64,000 nt of DNA from positions 1,098 through 65,097 of the forward strand of contig CAZTTC010000001.1 in assembly GCA_964616015.1 (NCBI GenBank). Reading direction: 5' to 3'. The notes under the pieces are model-generated. The model ran no database searches and was not told where the DNA came from. It was given only the letters and a program-made list of their open reading frames with translations. Both the position numbers and the translations under genes were made by a program. This document shows, in pieces, positions 28,706 through 38,711 of this stretch. Origin of the DNA: an uncultured Methylibium sp. GTDB lineage: Bacteria; Pseudomonadota; Gammaproteobacteria; Burkholderiales; Burkholderiaceae_C. Position 1 is the stretch's first letter. The number at the start of each line of letters is the position of its first letter.

Positions 28706-30378
28706 GGCTGCACGGCGAAGGTCCAGACCGCGCCGCCGGCCGGCACATTGGCCAGGCGCTCGTCGCCCGAGAACAGCGGATAGACCCCGCCGATGCCCGA
28801 CAGCGCGGTGACGTACTGGCGGCCCTGATGGGTCCAGGTGATGGGCTGGCCCATCGACGCCGAGCCGGTGCGGTAGGACCACAGCAGCTTGCCGGACTCG
28901 GCGTCGCGCGCCTCGAACTCGCCGGTCATCGTGCCGGTGAAGACCAGGCCGCCGGCGGTGGTCAGCACGCCGGAATAGCTGGGGATGTCGCGCGGGACAG
29001 CCCACTTCTCCTTGCCGGTCGCGGGATCGATGGCCTTGAAGAAGCCGCGCGGGCCCTCGGGATAGGTGAAGCCGGTGAAGTCGATGGCCAGGTAGAACTC
29101 GCCCTGCTTGTACTCGGGGGTGACGGTCTTGTAGGGCATGCCCGCGTGGATGGCGTTCAGGTACACCAGACCGGTCTTGGGGCTGAAGGACATCGGTGGC
29201 CAGTTCTTCGCGCCCAGCGCGCCCGGCCAGACCTCGGTCTTGTCGCCGGCCCGCGCCTTCACGGTCACGTCGGTGTCGATCGGGCGGCCCGTCTTCAAGT
29301 CGATGCCGGTGGCCCAGTTCACCTTGGGCACGAAGGTGTTGGCCGCGATCACCTTGCCGTTGGTGCGGTCCAGCACGTAGAGGAAGCCGTTGCGGTTGGC
29401 GTGCAGGATCACCTTGCGGGTCTGGCCGCCCACCTTGATGTCGGCCTGCACCATCTCGTTGGTGCCGTCGTAGTCGAAGGTGTCGTTCGGGTTGAACTGG
29501 TAGTGCCAGACGATCTCGCCGGTCTTCGGCCGGATCGCCAGCACCGAGGCGGTGTAGAGGTTGTCGCCCTTGCGCACCGCGGCGTTCCACGGGCCGGCGT
29601 TGCCGGTGCCCCAGAACACGAGGTCCTGCTCGGCGTCGTAGCTGCCGGTGAGCCAGGTCGAACCGCCGCCCTTCAGGTGGGTGTCGCCGGGCCAGGAGTC
29701 GCCGCCCTTCTCGCCCGGTGCGGCCGTGGTATGGCGACGCCAGACCTCCTTGCCGGTCGCGGGGTCGAGCCCGACGATGAAGCCCCGCGTGCCGTACTCC
29801 GCCCCCGACATGCCCGAGATCAGCACGCCACCCACCACCAGCGGCGCACTGGTGACCGAGTAGCCCTGCTTGTAGTCGGCGAGCTTGGTCTTCCACAACT
29901 GCTTGCCGGTCTTGGCGTCGAGCGCCTGGATGTGCGCGTCGAGCGTGCCGCGATAGACCTTGCCCTCGTAGAGGGCGACGCCGCGGTTGACCAGGCCGCA
30001 GCAGACGATCTTGGCCACGTCGGCGGCGTACTCCAGGCCGTTCTTCCACAGTTGCTGGCCGGTCAGCGCATTGATCGCGACCGTCGAGTCGTGCGTCGGG
30101 ATGTACAGCACCCCTTGATGCAGCACCGGCATCGCCTCCTGGCCGAGGTTGTTGCCCAGGCTCTGGGTCCACACCGGCACCAGCTTGCCGACGTTGCCGG
30201 TGTTGATCTGCGCCAGCGCGCTGTGGCGCTGGGCCGTGTAGCCCATGCCGTGCACCAGCACGGCGTCGGTTGCCTTGCCGTCGGCCAGCAGGTCGGCCGA
30301 CGACTGGGCCATGGCGGCGGTCGTCAGCGCCAGCGCGCACAAGGCGACGAGCTGCGGGGTCTTGCTCTGGGTCATCAT
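28702..30378 (-). CDS. PQQ-dependent alcohol dehydrogenase, methanol/ethanol family (predicted lanthanide-binding)
   Basis: Signal peptide; vicinal CC (VCCGLVNRG); GAEYG; WGTGN; FDYDG; Trp-docking repeats 'DA.TGK.LW'. Confidence 0.92.
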   Translation of the reverse strand: MMTQSKTPQLVALCALALTTAAMAQSSADLLADGKATDAVLVHGMGYTAQRHSALAQINTGNVGKLVPVWTQSLGNNLGQEAMPVLHQGVLYIPTHDSTVAINALTGQQLWKNGLEYAADVAKIVCCGLVNRGVALYEGKVYRGTLDAHIQALDAKTGKQLWKTKLADYKQGYSVTSAPLVVGGVLISGMSGAEYGTRGFIVGLDPATGKEVWRRHTTAAPGEKGGDSWPGDTHLKGGGSTWLTGSYDAEQDLVFWGTGNAGPWNAAVRKGDNLYTASVLAIRPKTGEIVWHYQFNPNDTFDYDGTNEMVQADIKVGGQTRKVILHANRNGFLYVLDRTNGKVIAANTFVPKVNWATGIDLKTGRPIDTDVTVKARAGDKTEVWPGALGAKNWPPMSFSPKTGLVYLNAIHAGMPYKTVTPEYKQGEFYLAIDFTGFTYPEGPRGFFKAIDPATGKEKWAVPRDIPSYSGVLTTAGGLVFTGTMTGEFEARDAESGKLLWSYRTGSASMGQPITWTHQGRQYVTALSGIGGVYPLFSGDERLANVPAGGAVWTFAVQP

Positions 30379-30409
30379 GTCTCCTCGATGGGTGGTGTCA
30401 TTGTGAGGC

Positions 30410-32593
30410 TCAGGCGCGCAGCGGCAGCTCGCGCTGGCGCCGGCCCGTCAGCTTGGCCAGCGCATTGGCGACCGCAGGCGCCACCGGCGGCGTGGCGGGT
30501 TCGCCCATCCCGCCGGGCTTGGCGCCGCTCTCGATGAGCACGACGTCGACCTTGGGCATCTCGGCAAAGCGCAGCGGGCTGTGGTCGTGGAAGTTGCTCT
30601 GCTCGACGCGGCCGTCCTTGAAGGTGATCTTCATGTGCAGCGTCTGGGCCAGGCCGGTCGCGATCGAGCTCTCGACCTGCGCCTCCACCGTCGCCGGGCT
30701 GAGGTAGCGCCCGCCGTCGACCGCCGCGCTGACGCGGTGCACCTTGATCGCGCCGCCCTCGATCGACACCTCGGCGACCTGCGCGACGATGGTGTCGAAG
30801 GAGTCGTGCAGCGCGATCCCCCGCGCGCGCCCGGCCGGCAAGGGCTGGCCCCAGCCCGCCTTCTCGGCCGCGGCCTTCAGCACCGCGGCGTGGCGCGGCT
30901 TGCCCTTGAGGTGGCGCAGGCGGAACTCCAGCGGATCCTGGCCCGCGGCGACCGCGAGTTCGTCGATGAAGCTCTCGTTGACGAAGCCGTTCTGCGAGTG
31001 GCCCACCGAGCGCCAGAACCAGACATGCGGGCCCGGCTCGTAGCGCACCCACTCGACCGCCAGGTTCGGCAACTCATAGACGTTGCCGTGGATGCCCTCG
31101 ACCGCCGAAGGATCGAGCCCGCTCTTCTCGAGCGGAAAGCCCGCTGCCGCGAAGATCGAGCTGCTGACCAGGCGTGCATGGACGGCCTGGATCGCGCCGT
31201 CGCTGCCGAGCACGGCGCGCATCCTCGAGAACTGCGCGGGCCGGTAGAAGTGCGCCCGCATGTCGTCCTCGCGCGTGTAGACCAGCCGCACCGGCACGCC
31301 GGCGGCCTTGGCCACCTCCAGCGCGTACTGCACGAAGTCGACGCCGAAGCGCCGGCCGAAACCGCCGCCCAGCAGGGTCGTGTGCACCTTGACCTGCTCG
31401 GGCTTGACGCCGCCGACCTTGGCGCACTGGTCGGCGTTGACGAACTGGAACTGCGTGGGCGACCAGATCTCCACGGCGTCGGGACGCACCCAGGCGGTGG
31501 TGTTCATCGGCTCCATGCAGGCATGGGCGACGTAGGGCACGTGGTAGGCGGCCTCGATCACCTTCGCGCCGGCAGCGTCGAGGACCTGGGCCGCGTCGCC
31601 GATCGGCGCGGCCTCGAGGCCGGGTGTCTCGGCGGCCGTCACCATGCGTTCGCGCAGGACCGCGCTGTCGAGGAAGCGCATGTCGCTGGCCTGCCACTCG
31701 ATGGCATCGGCGAGCGCGTCGCGCCCCTTCTTCGCGGTCCAGAAGTCCTGGGCCAGCACGGCCACGCCGTTGCTGAAGGGCACGACCTGGCGCACGCCCG
31801 GCACGGCCATGGCCTTGGCGGCGTCGAACTTGCCGAGCTTGGCGCCGCGCACCGGCGGCATCGCGATGGCGGCCACCAGCAGGCCGGGCAGCTGCACGTC
31901 CATCGCATAGACGGTGCGGCCGGTCACCTTGTCGGCGGTGTCGAGCCGGCGCACGCGCTTGCCCACCAGCTTGCGCTCGGCCGCGCTCTTGAGCCGCGGC
32001 TCGGCCGGCGGCGTGAGCTTGGCCGCCTCAGCGGCCAGTTCGCCGTAACGCGCCTTGCGCGCCGAGGCCTTGTGCATGACGACGCCGCCCGCGGTGACCA
32101 GCTCCGCCGCCGGCAGCTGCCACTTGGCCGCGGCCGCGTCGACCAGCATCTGCCGCGCCGCCGCACCGGTCTTGGCCATCGGCTCCCAGAAGCTGCGCAC
32201 GGTGGTCGAGCCGCCGGTGAGCTGCAGGCCGAAGATCAGGTTCTTGTAGCCGGCGTCGGCCGGCGCGAACTCGAAGCGGACCTTCTTCCAGTCGCAGTCC
32301 AGTTCGTCGGCCAGCGCCATCGCCAGCGACGAGCTGACGCCCTGACCCATCTCCGAGGCCGGGATCACGATCGTCACCGAGTCGTCCTTCGCGATGCGCA
32401 CGAAGGCGTTCAACGGCGCCCCGGCCGCGGCGGCCGGCTGCGCACGCGCCACGGCAGCTTCGGCGGCCTCGGCAAAGCCGAAGCCGATGCACAGCGCACC
32501 GGCGCCGCCGCCCAGCGTGCGCAGGAAGCTGCGACGCGACGGGCCGGCAGCGACCTCGCGCTTCGCGCGGAAAGCCTGTTCGAGCGAGTTCAC
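30410..32593 (-). CDS. Xanthine dehydrogenase-family molybdopterin-binding subunit (IorB-like), Tat-exported
   Basis: SRRSFL Tat motif; SEMGQG, TGGSTTV, GGGFGRR, WRSVGHS and GGMGEP. Start is GTG 32593, or ATG 32653 if the 60-bp element is translated. Confidence 0.9.
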   Translation of the reverse strand: MNSLEQAFRAKREVAAGPSRRSFLRTLGGGAGALCIGFGFAEAAEAAVARAQPAAAAGAPLNAFVRIAKDDSVTIVIPASEMGQGVSSSLAMALADELDCDWKKVRFEFAPADAGYKNLIFGLQLTGGSTTVRSFWEPMAKTGAAARQMLVDAAAAKWQLPAAELVTAGGVVMHKASARKARYGELAAEAAKLTPPAEPRLKSAAERKLVGKRVRRLDTADKVTGRTVYAMDVQLPGLLVAAIAMPPVRGAKLGKFDAAKAMAVPGVRQVVPFSNGVAVLAQDFWTAKKGRDALADAIEWQASDMRFLDSAVLRERMVTAAETPGLEAAPIGDAAQVLDAAGAKVIEAAYHVPYVAHACMEPMNTTAWVRPDAVEIWSPTQFQFVNADQCAKVGGVKPEQVKVHTTLLGGGFGRRFGVDFVQYALEVAKAAGVPVRLVYTREDDMRAHFYRPAQFSRMRAVLGSDGAIQAVHARLVSSSIFAAAGFPLEKSGLDPSAVEGIHGNVYELPNLAVEWVRYEPGPHVWFWRSVGHSQNGFVNESFIDELAVAAGQDPLEFRLRHLKGKPRHAAVLKAAAEKAGWGQPLPAGRARGIALHDSFDTIVAQVAEVSIEGGAIKVHRVSAAVDGGRYLSPATVEAQVESSIATGLAQTLHMKITFKDGRVEQSNFHDHSPLRFAEMPKVDVVLIESGAKPGGMGEPATPPVAPAVANALAKLTGRRQRELPLRA

Positions 32594-32653
32594 TGGAGTC
32601 CCTTCGTGCTTCGCACTCCGGTCCCCGCCCTTGAGGCGGTCCGGCGCGCTCAT
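32590..32653 (-). repeat. 60-bp in-frame repeat element between ATGA and GTGA (peptide MSAPDRLKGGDRSAKHEGTP)
   Basis: Begins at the ATGA overlap with the 2Fe-2S gene stop, carries its own GAAGGGA SD and ends at GTGA. cacgaaggga is duplicated just before the element. Confidence 0.65.
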
Positions 32654-33192
32654 GCGTGCCTCCCTTCGTGTTCGCAGCCGTGGGCGCAGGCGGTGGGCGT
32701 GGCCATCGCGTCGTCGGCCCAGGCCACGAACCGGCCGGACGGGTCGGGCTGGCCGGCGGCGTCGTGGATGGCGGCGCGGATCGCGTTGTAGGTGCCGCAG
32801 CGGCAGATCTGCGTGCCCATCGCCGCGTCGATGTCGGCATCGCTGGGCTTGGGGCGGCGCTTCAGCAGCGCCGCGGCGCTCATCAGCATGCCGCTCTGGC
32901 AGTAGCCGCACTGGGGGACGTCCAGCTTCACCCAGCTCTTCTGCAGCGCATGGTCGCCGCGGGCGGAGAGCCCCTCGATCGTCGTCACCGGCTGGCTGCC
33001 CACGGCGGACAGCGGCACCGAGCAGGAGCGCACCGGCTGGCCCGCCAGATGCACGGTGCAGGCACCGCACTGCGCGATGCCGCAGCCGTACTTCGTGCCG
33101 GTGAGTTGCAGGTGATCACGCAACACCCACAGCAGCGGCGTGTCGGGCGTGGCCTGGACCTCGCGGCTCTTGCCGTTGACCTTGATCTTCAC
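32650..33192 (-). CDS. (2Fe-2S)-binding subunit (IorA-like)
   Basis: GTG after a GAGGAG RBS; TPLLWVLRD, TKYGCGIAQCGACTV, QCGYCQSG and CRCGTY. Confidence 0.93.
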   Translation of the reverse strand: MKIKVNGKSREVQATPDTPLLWVLRDHLQLTGTKYGCGIAQCGACTVHLAGQPVRSCSVPLSAVGSQPVTTIEGLSARGDHALQKSWVKLDVPQCGYCQSGMLMSAAALLKRRPKPSDADIDAAMGTQICRCGTYNAIRAAIHDAAGQPDPSGRFVAWADDAMATPTACAHGCEHEGRHA

Positions 33193-33385
33193 GGGGCTCT
33201 CCTCTTCGTTGCGAGCGCGCGCAGCATATGGACAGGCACGCTCGGACGGCAATCAGAACTTCATCAAGCAGGCCTACGCCTGCCGCGAAGTCCGGAGGAA
33301 CACCTAGAGCCCGCAGCACGCCAAGCGTGCAGCCGCCTGGCAGCGCGGCCGCGCCGCGCCCGCCATCGCCGCGAACCGCCGTGAT

Positions 33386-34540
33386 TCAGCGCGTCGTGGC
33401 CGCGGAGGTCGCCGGCCAGGGCTCCGCACCGCCTGGCAAGGCCGCGTGCTCGTCGATCCCGGGCACGGGCCGATAGGACTGGTCGTCCCACTCCGTGACG
33501 TAGGGGTTGGCGGGAACCTGGACGACCCGCCCGCGGACGTTCATGTCCTTCGTGCGCAGCTGCGGGTGCTCGATCAGTTCGTGCACGGAGTTGATCGCGC
33601 CGTAGGCGGTCTGCGCCTGCGTCAGCCGATCGACAGCTTGCGCGTAGCTCAGCGTCGAGAAGATGTCCTGCACCAGCGCCTCGAGGACGTCGCGGTGCTC
33701 GGTGCGCCGGGGGTTGTCCGCGAAGCGCTCGTCGACCGCGATGTCCGGCCGCAGCAGGACCGTCTCGCAGAAGCTCGTCCACTCGCGCTCGTTCTGGATG
33801 GCCAGCACCAGCTCGCGACCGTCCGCGCAGGTGAAGGCGCCGTAGGGCGCGATGCTCGGATGCCGGAGGCCGACGCGCTCCGGCGCCCCCGCGCCGTAGC
33901 GCGCCTGCAGGTAGGGCACCGCCATCAGTTCGGCAGCGGAATCGAACAGCGACACCTTGACGGCGCTGCCCTGGCCGCTGCGCACGCGCTGCAGCAGGGC
34001 TTGCTGGATGCCCATCAGCGCGTTCATGCCCGCGGCGATGTCGCAGATCGACACGCCGATGCGGCCCCAGGGACCCGGCGCGCCGCTGACCGCGACCAGG
34101 CCGCTCTCCGCCTGCACCAGCAGGTCGTAGGCCTTCAGGCCGTGCAAGGGGCCGGACTCGCCGTAGCCGGTGATGTCGCAGGTGATGAGACGCGGATGCC
34201 GCTCGCGCAGGCTGGCGGCGCCGAAGCCCAGCCGCGCGGCGGCGCCCGGCGCGAGGTTCTGGATGAACACGTCGGCCTCGGCAATCAGCGCCGCGAGCCT
34301 GCCCTGGTCGGCGGGGTTCTTAAGGTCCAGCGCGAGCGACTCCTTGCCGCGGTTGATCCACACGAAGTAGGAGGACTCGCCGTTGACCGCCTTGTCGTAG
34401 CCGCGCGCGAAGTCGCCCTCGGGCCTTTCGATCTTGATGACCCGGGCCCCCGCGTCGGCGAGCCGGCTCGAGCAATAGGGCGCCGCGACCGCCTGCTCGA
34501 GGGCGACGACGACGATGCCGTCCAGCGGTTTGGTTCGCAT
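33386..34540 (-). CDS. Class III CoA transferase (CaiB/BaiF family)
   Basis: PLDGIVVVALEQAVAAP, GARVIKIERP, NRGKES, ITGYG and catalytic Asp in 'ICDIAAG'. Confidence 0.92.
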   Translation of the reverse strand: MRTKPLDGIVVVALEQAVAAPYCSSRLADAGARVIKIERPEGDFARGYDKAVNGESSYFVWINRGKESLALDLKNPADQGRLAALIAEADVFIQNLAPGAAARLGFGAASLRERHPRLITCDITGYGESGPLHGLKAYDLLVQAESGLVAVSGAPGPWGRIGVSICDIAAGMNALMGIQQALLQRVRSGQGSAVKVSLFDSAAELMAVPYLQARYGAGAPERVGLRHPSIAPYGAFTCADGRELVLAIQNEREWTSFCETVLLRPDIAVDERFADNPRRTEHRDVLEALVQDIFSTLSYAQAVDRLTQAQTAYGAINSVHELIEHPQLRTKDMNVRGRVVQVPANPYVTEWDDQSYRPVPGIDEHAALPGGAEPWPATSAATTR

Positions 34541-34587
34541 GGGTGGCGATGGACCTGTGGGCGGTGGAGCGACCCGGACCGCCCCGC

Positions 34588-35340
34588 TCAGACGGTGCGG
34601 CCGCCGTCCACCGGGAACTCGACGCCGCTGATGAACTCGGCCGCATCGCTGGACAGGTAGAGCGCGGCGGACGCCACGTCGGAGGCGCGGCAGAGCCGGC
34701 CGAGCGGGATGGTCGCGAGGAAGCGCGCGCGGTTGGCCGGCGTGTCGGGCATGCCCATGAACTTCTCGAGCAGGCCCGTCTCGCCCATCACCGGGCAGAT
34801 GGCGTTGACACGGATGCCGTCGGGGCCCAGCTCGACCGCCATCGACTTGGACAGCAGATTGACCGCGCCCTTGCTGCCGTTGTACCAGGTGAGGCCCGGC
34901 CGCGGGCGGATGCCGGCGGTCGATCCGACGTTGAGGATGACGCCCTGCTTGCGCTGGCGCATCAGCGGCACGACGGCATGCGCCATGTGGAAGATGGACT
35001 TCACGTTGACCGCGAACACGCGGTCGAAGGTCCGCTCATCCACGTTGAGCATCGGCTGGTTGTCGTGCGTCGTCCCGGCGTTGTTGACGACGATGTCGGG
35101 CACGCCGTAGCGCGCCACGCAGGCCGCGACGAGGCCCTCGACGTCGGCGCGGACCGACACGTCGCAGCGGACGAAGTGCGTCGCGTCGCCGAGCTCGCCT
35201 GCGAGCGCCACGCCCTTGGCGCTGTCCAGGTCGGCGATGACGACACGCGCGCCCTCGGCGGCGAACAGGCGCAAGATGCCTTCGCCGAACCCCGCGGCGC
35301 CGCCGGTCACGATGGCGATCTTGCCTTCGAGCTGTTTCAT
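34588..35340 (-). CDS. Short-chain dehydrogenase/reductase (classical SDR)
   Basis: TGGAAGFG, VNNAG, YNGSK catalytic motif and VDGG. Confidence 0.92.
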   Translation of the reverse strand: MKQLEGKIAIVTGGAAGFGEGILRLFAAEGARVVIADLDSAKGVALAGELGDATHFVRCDVSVRADVEGLVAACVARYGVPDIVVNNAGTTHDNQPMLNVDERTFDRVFAVNVKSIFHMAHAVVPLMRQRKQGVILNVGSTAGIRPRPGLTWYNGSKGAVNLLSKSMAVELGPDGIRVNAICPVMGETGLLEKFMGMPDTPANRARFLATIPLGRLCRASDVASAALYLSSDAAEFISGVEFPVDGGRTV

Positions 35341-35381
35341 GGTTCTTTCCTCGGAATGAATGGGGGATGCAGGAGGCCGGC

Positions 35382-36101
35382 TCAGCCGGGCACGCCGACA
35401 GGGGCAGCGCCCTCGAAGGCGCGTGCGGACTCGGGCGGGGCCTCGACCTTCAACTCGCCGCGCTCCAGGCACAGGGTGATGCACTGCACGCGGTCGAGCA
35501 GCGCGCGGTTCGACTCGGTGATCACCATGCACAGCTCGGGGCGCAGGCTGACCATGCGGCTCAGCGCCTCGGCGTACTGGCGCGCCAGCGCGGGCGCCAG
35601 GCCCTGGAAGGGTTCGTCGACCAGCAGCAGCCGCGTGCCGACCATCAGCGCCCGGGCGAGTGCGGCCATCTTGCCCTGGCCGCCCGAGAGCGCGGCGGCC
35701 GATCGCGGCAGCATCTCGCGCATCTGCGGCACGACCTCGACGGCCAGCTCGACCCGGCGGTCGATCTCGCCCGTCTTCAGGCCGATGGCCTCGCAGGGCA
35801 GGCGCAGGTTGTCGAGGACGGTCATCGTCGGGAACAGCACGCGATCCTCGGGTGCATAGCCCACGCCCAGCGCGGCGCGGCGGTGCGGCGGCTCGGCCAG
35901 CAGGTCCTGTTCGGCCAGCGCAATGGCGCCGCCGCGCAAGGGCGTGAAGCCCATCAGCGTGCGCAGCAGCGTGGTCTTGCCCGCGCCGTTGCGGCCAACG
36001 ACCGCGTAGGTGCTGCCGGACGACAGCTCCACCGTCACGTCGCGCAGCACCGGCAGGCCCGCAATGTCGACCGAGACGTTCTTCAGGGTGAGCATGTGCA
36101 T
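35382..36101 (-). CDS. ABC transporter ATP-binding protein (LivF-like)
   Basis: GRNGAGKTT, LSGGQ and LVDEP. Confidence 0.9.
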   Translation of the reverse strand: MHMLTLKNVSVDIAGLPVLRDVTVELSSGSTYAVVGRNGAGKTTLLRTLMGFTPLRGGAIALAEQDLLAEPPHRRAALGVGYAPEDRVLFPTMTVLDNLRLPCEAIGLKTGEIDRRVELAVEVVPQMREMLPRSAAALSGGQGKMAALARALMVGTRLLLVDEPFQGLAPALARQYAEALSRMVSLRPELCMVITESNRALLDRVQCITLCLERGELKVEAPPESARAFEGAAPVGVPG

Positions 36102-36106
36102 GGCCT

Positions 36107-36847
36107 TCAATGCCCGAGCACGACGCTGCGGACTTCGGCGTCGTTCATCACGACATCCGGCGGGCCGTCGGCGGCGATGCGCCCGGAGATCCACGCCGCC
36201 ACGCGCGTGGCGTACTGCGTGACGATATCGACATCGTGCTCGACGAACACCGCGGTGACGCTGCGCTCCGACAGCGCCTGCATGATGGTCGCCATCAGCG
36301 CATGCTTCTCGTCGGCGGCGACGCCGCTGGTGGGCTCGTCCATGATCAGCAGCTTGGGGCGCAGCACCAGCGCCATGGCGATGTCGAGCAGCTTGCGATG
36401 CCCCTCGGGCAGGCTGCCGCAGCGGTCGTCGGCGCGCGCAGCCAGACCCACCACCGCCAGCACATGGTCGATCTCCGCGGCATCGACGCACTGCGCCATC
36501 GGCCGCAGCAGGCTCATGCGCCGCTGGCGCGACGCGACCGCGAGCTGCACGCTCTCGCGCACGCTGTGATCCAGAAAGAGCTGCGGCAACTGGAACGAGC
36601 GGCCGATGCCGCGCCGCACGATCTGGCGCGGGTGCAGGCCGGTGATCTCGGCGCCGTCGAAGTGGACCTGCCCTGCGCTCGGCTTGATGTAGCCGGTGAC
36701 CATGTTGATGAAGGTCGTCTTGCCGGCGCCGTTGGCGCCGATCACGGCCAGGCGCTCGCCGGACTGCAGGTCGAAGTCGATGCCGTCGGCGGCGACCACG
36801 CCGCCGAATTTCAGCGTGAGGCCACGGGTCTGGAGCAGCGAAGTCAT
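36107..36847 (-). CDS. ABC transporter ATP-binding protein (LivG-like)
   Basis: FGGVVA, GANGAGKTT, MDEPTSG and VEHD. Confidence 0.92.
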   Translation of the reverse strand: MTSLLQTRGLTLKFGGVVAADGIDFDLQSGERLAVIGANGAGKTTFINMVTGYIKPSAGQVHFDGAEITGLHPRQIVRRGIGRSFQLPQLFLDHSVRESVQLAVASRQRRMSLLRPMAQCVDAAEIDHVLAVVGLAARADDRCGSLPEGHRKLLDIAMALVLRPKLLIMDEPTSGVAADEKHALMATIMQALSERSVTAVFVEHDVDIVTQYATRVAAWISGRIAADGPPDVVMNDAEVRSVVLGH

Positions 36848-36848
36848 G

Positions 36849-37784
36849 TCAGCCTGCGGTGCGTCGATCGAGGCGCACCAGCCAGGCCACGAGGCCGGCC
36901 GGTGCCAGGAAGATCAGCACCAGCAGCACCGTGCCGATGACCAGTTGCCAGGCGCCGGTCAGCGCGGCGGCGGCAAAGAGCTTCAGGAACTCGAAGGCGA
37001 TCGCGCCGAGGAAGGCGCCCACCGGCTGCAGCGTGCCGCCCAGCACCGCGATGAAGACGTACTCGCCGGAGCGCACCCAGTAGCCCATCTCCGGCGTCAC
37101 CAGGCCCTGGATCAGCGCGAACATGCCGCCGGAGAAGCCGCACAGCACGGCCGATGCGATGTAGCCGCGGTAGAACACGGCGCGCGCGGAGATGCCGAGG
37201 TATTCGAGCCGGACCTCGTTGGTCTTCAAGGCCGCCAAGGCCTGCCCGGTGGGCGAGGCATAGAAGCGCCGCAGCAGGTGGCAGGTGACGACGACGAGCA
37301 CCGCGCTCAGCGCCAGCAGCCAGGTCTCGTAGGCCGCGCGCTCCAGCACCTGGCCGAGAAAGGGCGGCCGCTCCAGGCGCAGGCCGTCGGTGCCGCCCGT
37401 GAAGTTGTAGAACTTGCCGAGCACCGCGAACAGCACCATCGACAGCGCGAGGTTCAGCATGCCGAAGAAGATGCCGCGGTAGCGCATCATGAACAGGCCG
37501 ACCACGGCGCCGGCCATCAGCCCGGCCACGGCGCCCGAGGCCAGCAGCAGCAGGCCGTCGGTCTGCGGCCAGGTGCGGCTGATCGCGACCGCCGCGTAGC
37601 CGGCCAGGCAGGTGAAGCCGGCGTGGCCGAAGGACACCTGGCCGGCGCGGATCAGGATGGACACGCCCAGTGCCGCGAAGCCATAGGACAGGCCGATCAC
37701 CAGCGGCGTCTTGAGCCAGGGGAAGAGCAGGCCGACGACCAGCGTCAGCACCGCGATCGCCCAGGGAGCGAGCCGGATCAGCAT
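36849..37784 (-). CDS. Branched-chain amino acid-type ABC permease (LivM-like)
   Basis: GQVSFGHAGF, TGGTDG and multiple TM segments; TGATG coupling to the upstream gene. Confidence 0.88.
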   Translation of the reverse strand: MLIRLAPWAIAVLTLVVGLLFPWLKTPLVIGLSYGFAALGVSILIRAGQVSFGHAGFTCLAGYAAVAISRTWPQTDGLLLLASGAVAGLMAGAVVGLFMMRYRGIFFGMLNLALSMVLFAVLGKFYNFTGGTDGLRLERPPFLGQVLERAAYETWLLALSAVLVVVTCHLLRRFYASPTGQALAALKTNEVRLEYLGISARAVFYRGYIASAVLCGFSGGMFALIQGLVTPEMGYWVRSGEYVFIAVLGGTLQPVGAFLGAIAFEFLKLFAAAALTGAWQLVIGTVLLVLIFLAPAGLVAWLVRLDRRTAG

Positions 37785-38686
37785 CAGACCCTCCGCGTCT
37801 CGGCGACCGCGAACAGGCCCTGCGGGCGCCACAGCAGCACCGCCAGCATGATCAGGTAGGGCACGAGCACGTCCACCTCGGGCATCAGGTAGACGGCGAA
37901 GGCCTTGCCCATGCCGATCAGCAGCGCCGCGACCGCCGTGCCGGTGATCTGGCCGAGGCCGGCGACCGCCACCACCGCGAACGACAGCACCATCATGTCG
38001 CCGCCGATGCCGGGCACGAGCGAGGTCGTGGGCGAGGCCAGCGCGCCGCCGAGCGTGCCCATCACGGCCCCGAGGCAAAAGGTCAGCAGGCCGACGCGCC
38101 GGGCGTTGATGCCCAGCGCCGAGGCGACCTCGCGATGGTGGGTGACGGCCATGATCTGGCGTCCGAAGCGGGTGCGGGCCAGCGACCAGCGCAAGGCCAG
38201 GAAGACGCCGACCGCCGCCGCCGGCAGCAGGAAGAGCTGGTAGGCCGTGTAGGTGACGCTGCCGACCTTGACCGTGCCCATCGCATCGACGGCGTGCGTC
38301 ACCGACACCGGGCTGGCGCCCCAGATCAGGCGCTGCAGGTCCTCCATGATCATGAACACCGCGAAGGTGGCCAGCAACTGCATCACCGGGTCGATGCTGA
38401 GGATGCGCCGCACCAGCCCGATCTCGATGATCGCGCCGAGCAGCACGCCCATCAGCAACGCGCCGAGCAGCAGCGCCAGCAGCGACAGCGGCACCGACTC
38501 GCCGCTCGCGATCAGCGCGCTCAGCTTGGCCGCGGCGTAGCCGCCGAAGGCGTAGAAGCTGCCGTGGGCCACGTTGAGGATGCGCAGCACGCCGAAGATC
38601 AGCGTCAGCCCCAGCGCCACCAGGAACAGCAGCGCGGCCTGGGTCGTGCCGTCCAGCAGGGCCAGTACGAACAGCGTGGCGTTCAT
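37784..38686 (-). CDS. Branched-chain amino acid-type ABC permease (LivH-like)
   Basis: ALGLTLIFGVLRILNVAHG and RPQGLF. Confidence 0.9.
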   Translation of the reverse strand: MNATLFVLALLDGTTQAALLFLVALGLTLIFGVLRILNVAHGSFYAFGGYAAAKLSALIASGESVPLSLLALLLGALLMGVLLGAIIEIGLVRRILSIDPVMQLLATFAVFMIMEDLQRLIWGASPVSVTHAVDAMGTVKVGSVTYTAYQLFLLPAAAVGVFLALRWSLARTRFGRQIMAVTHHREVASALGINARRVGLLTFCLGAVMGTLGGALASPTTSLVPGIGGDMMVLSFAVVAVAGLGQITGTAVAALLIGMGKAFAVYLMPEVDVLVPYLIMLAVLLWRPQGLFAVAETRRV

Positions 38687-38711
38687 CGTGGTCGCTGGCC
38701 GACGCGTGCGG

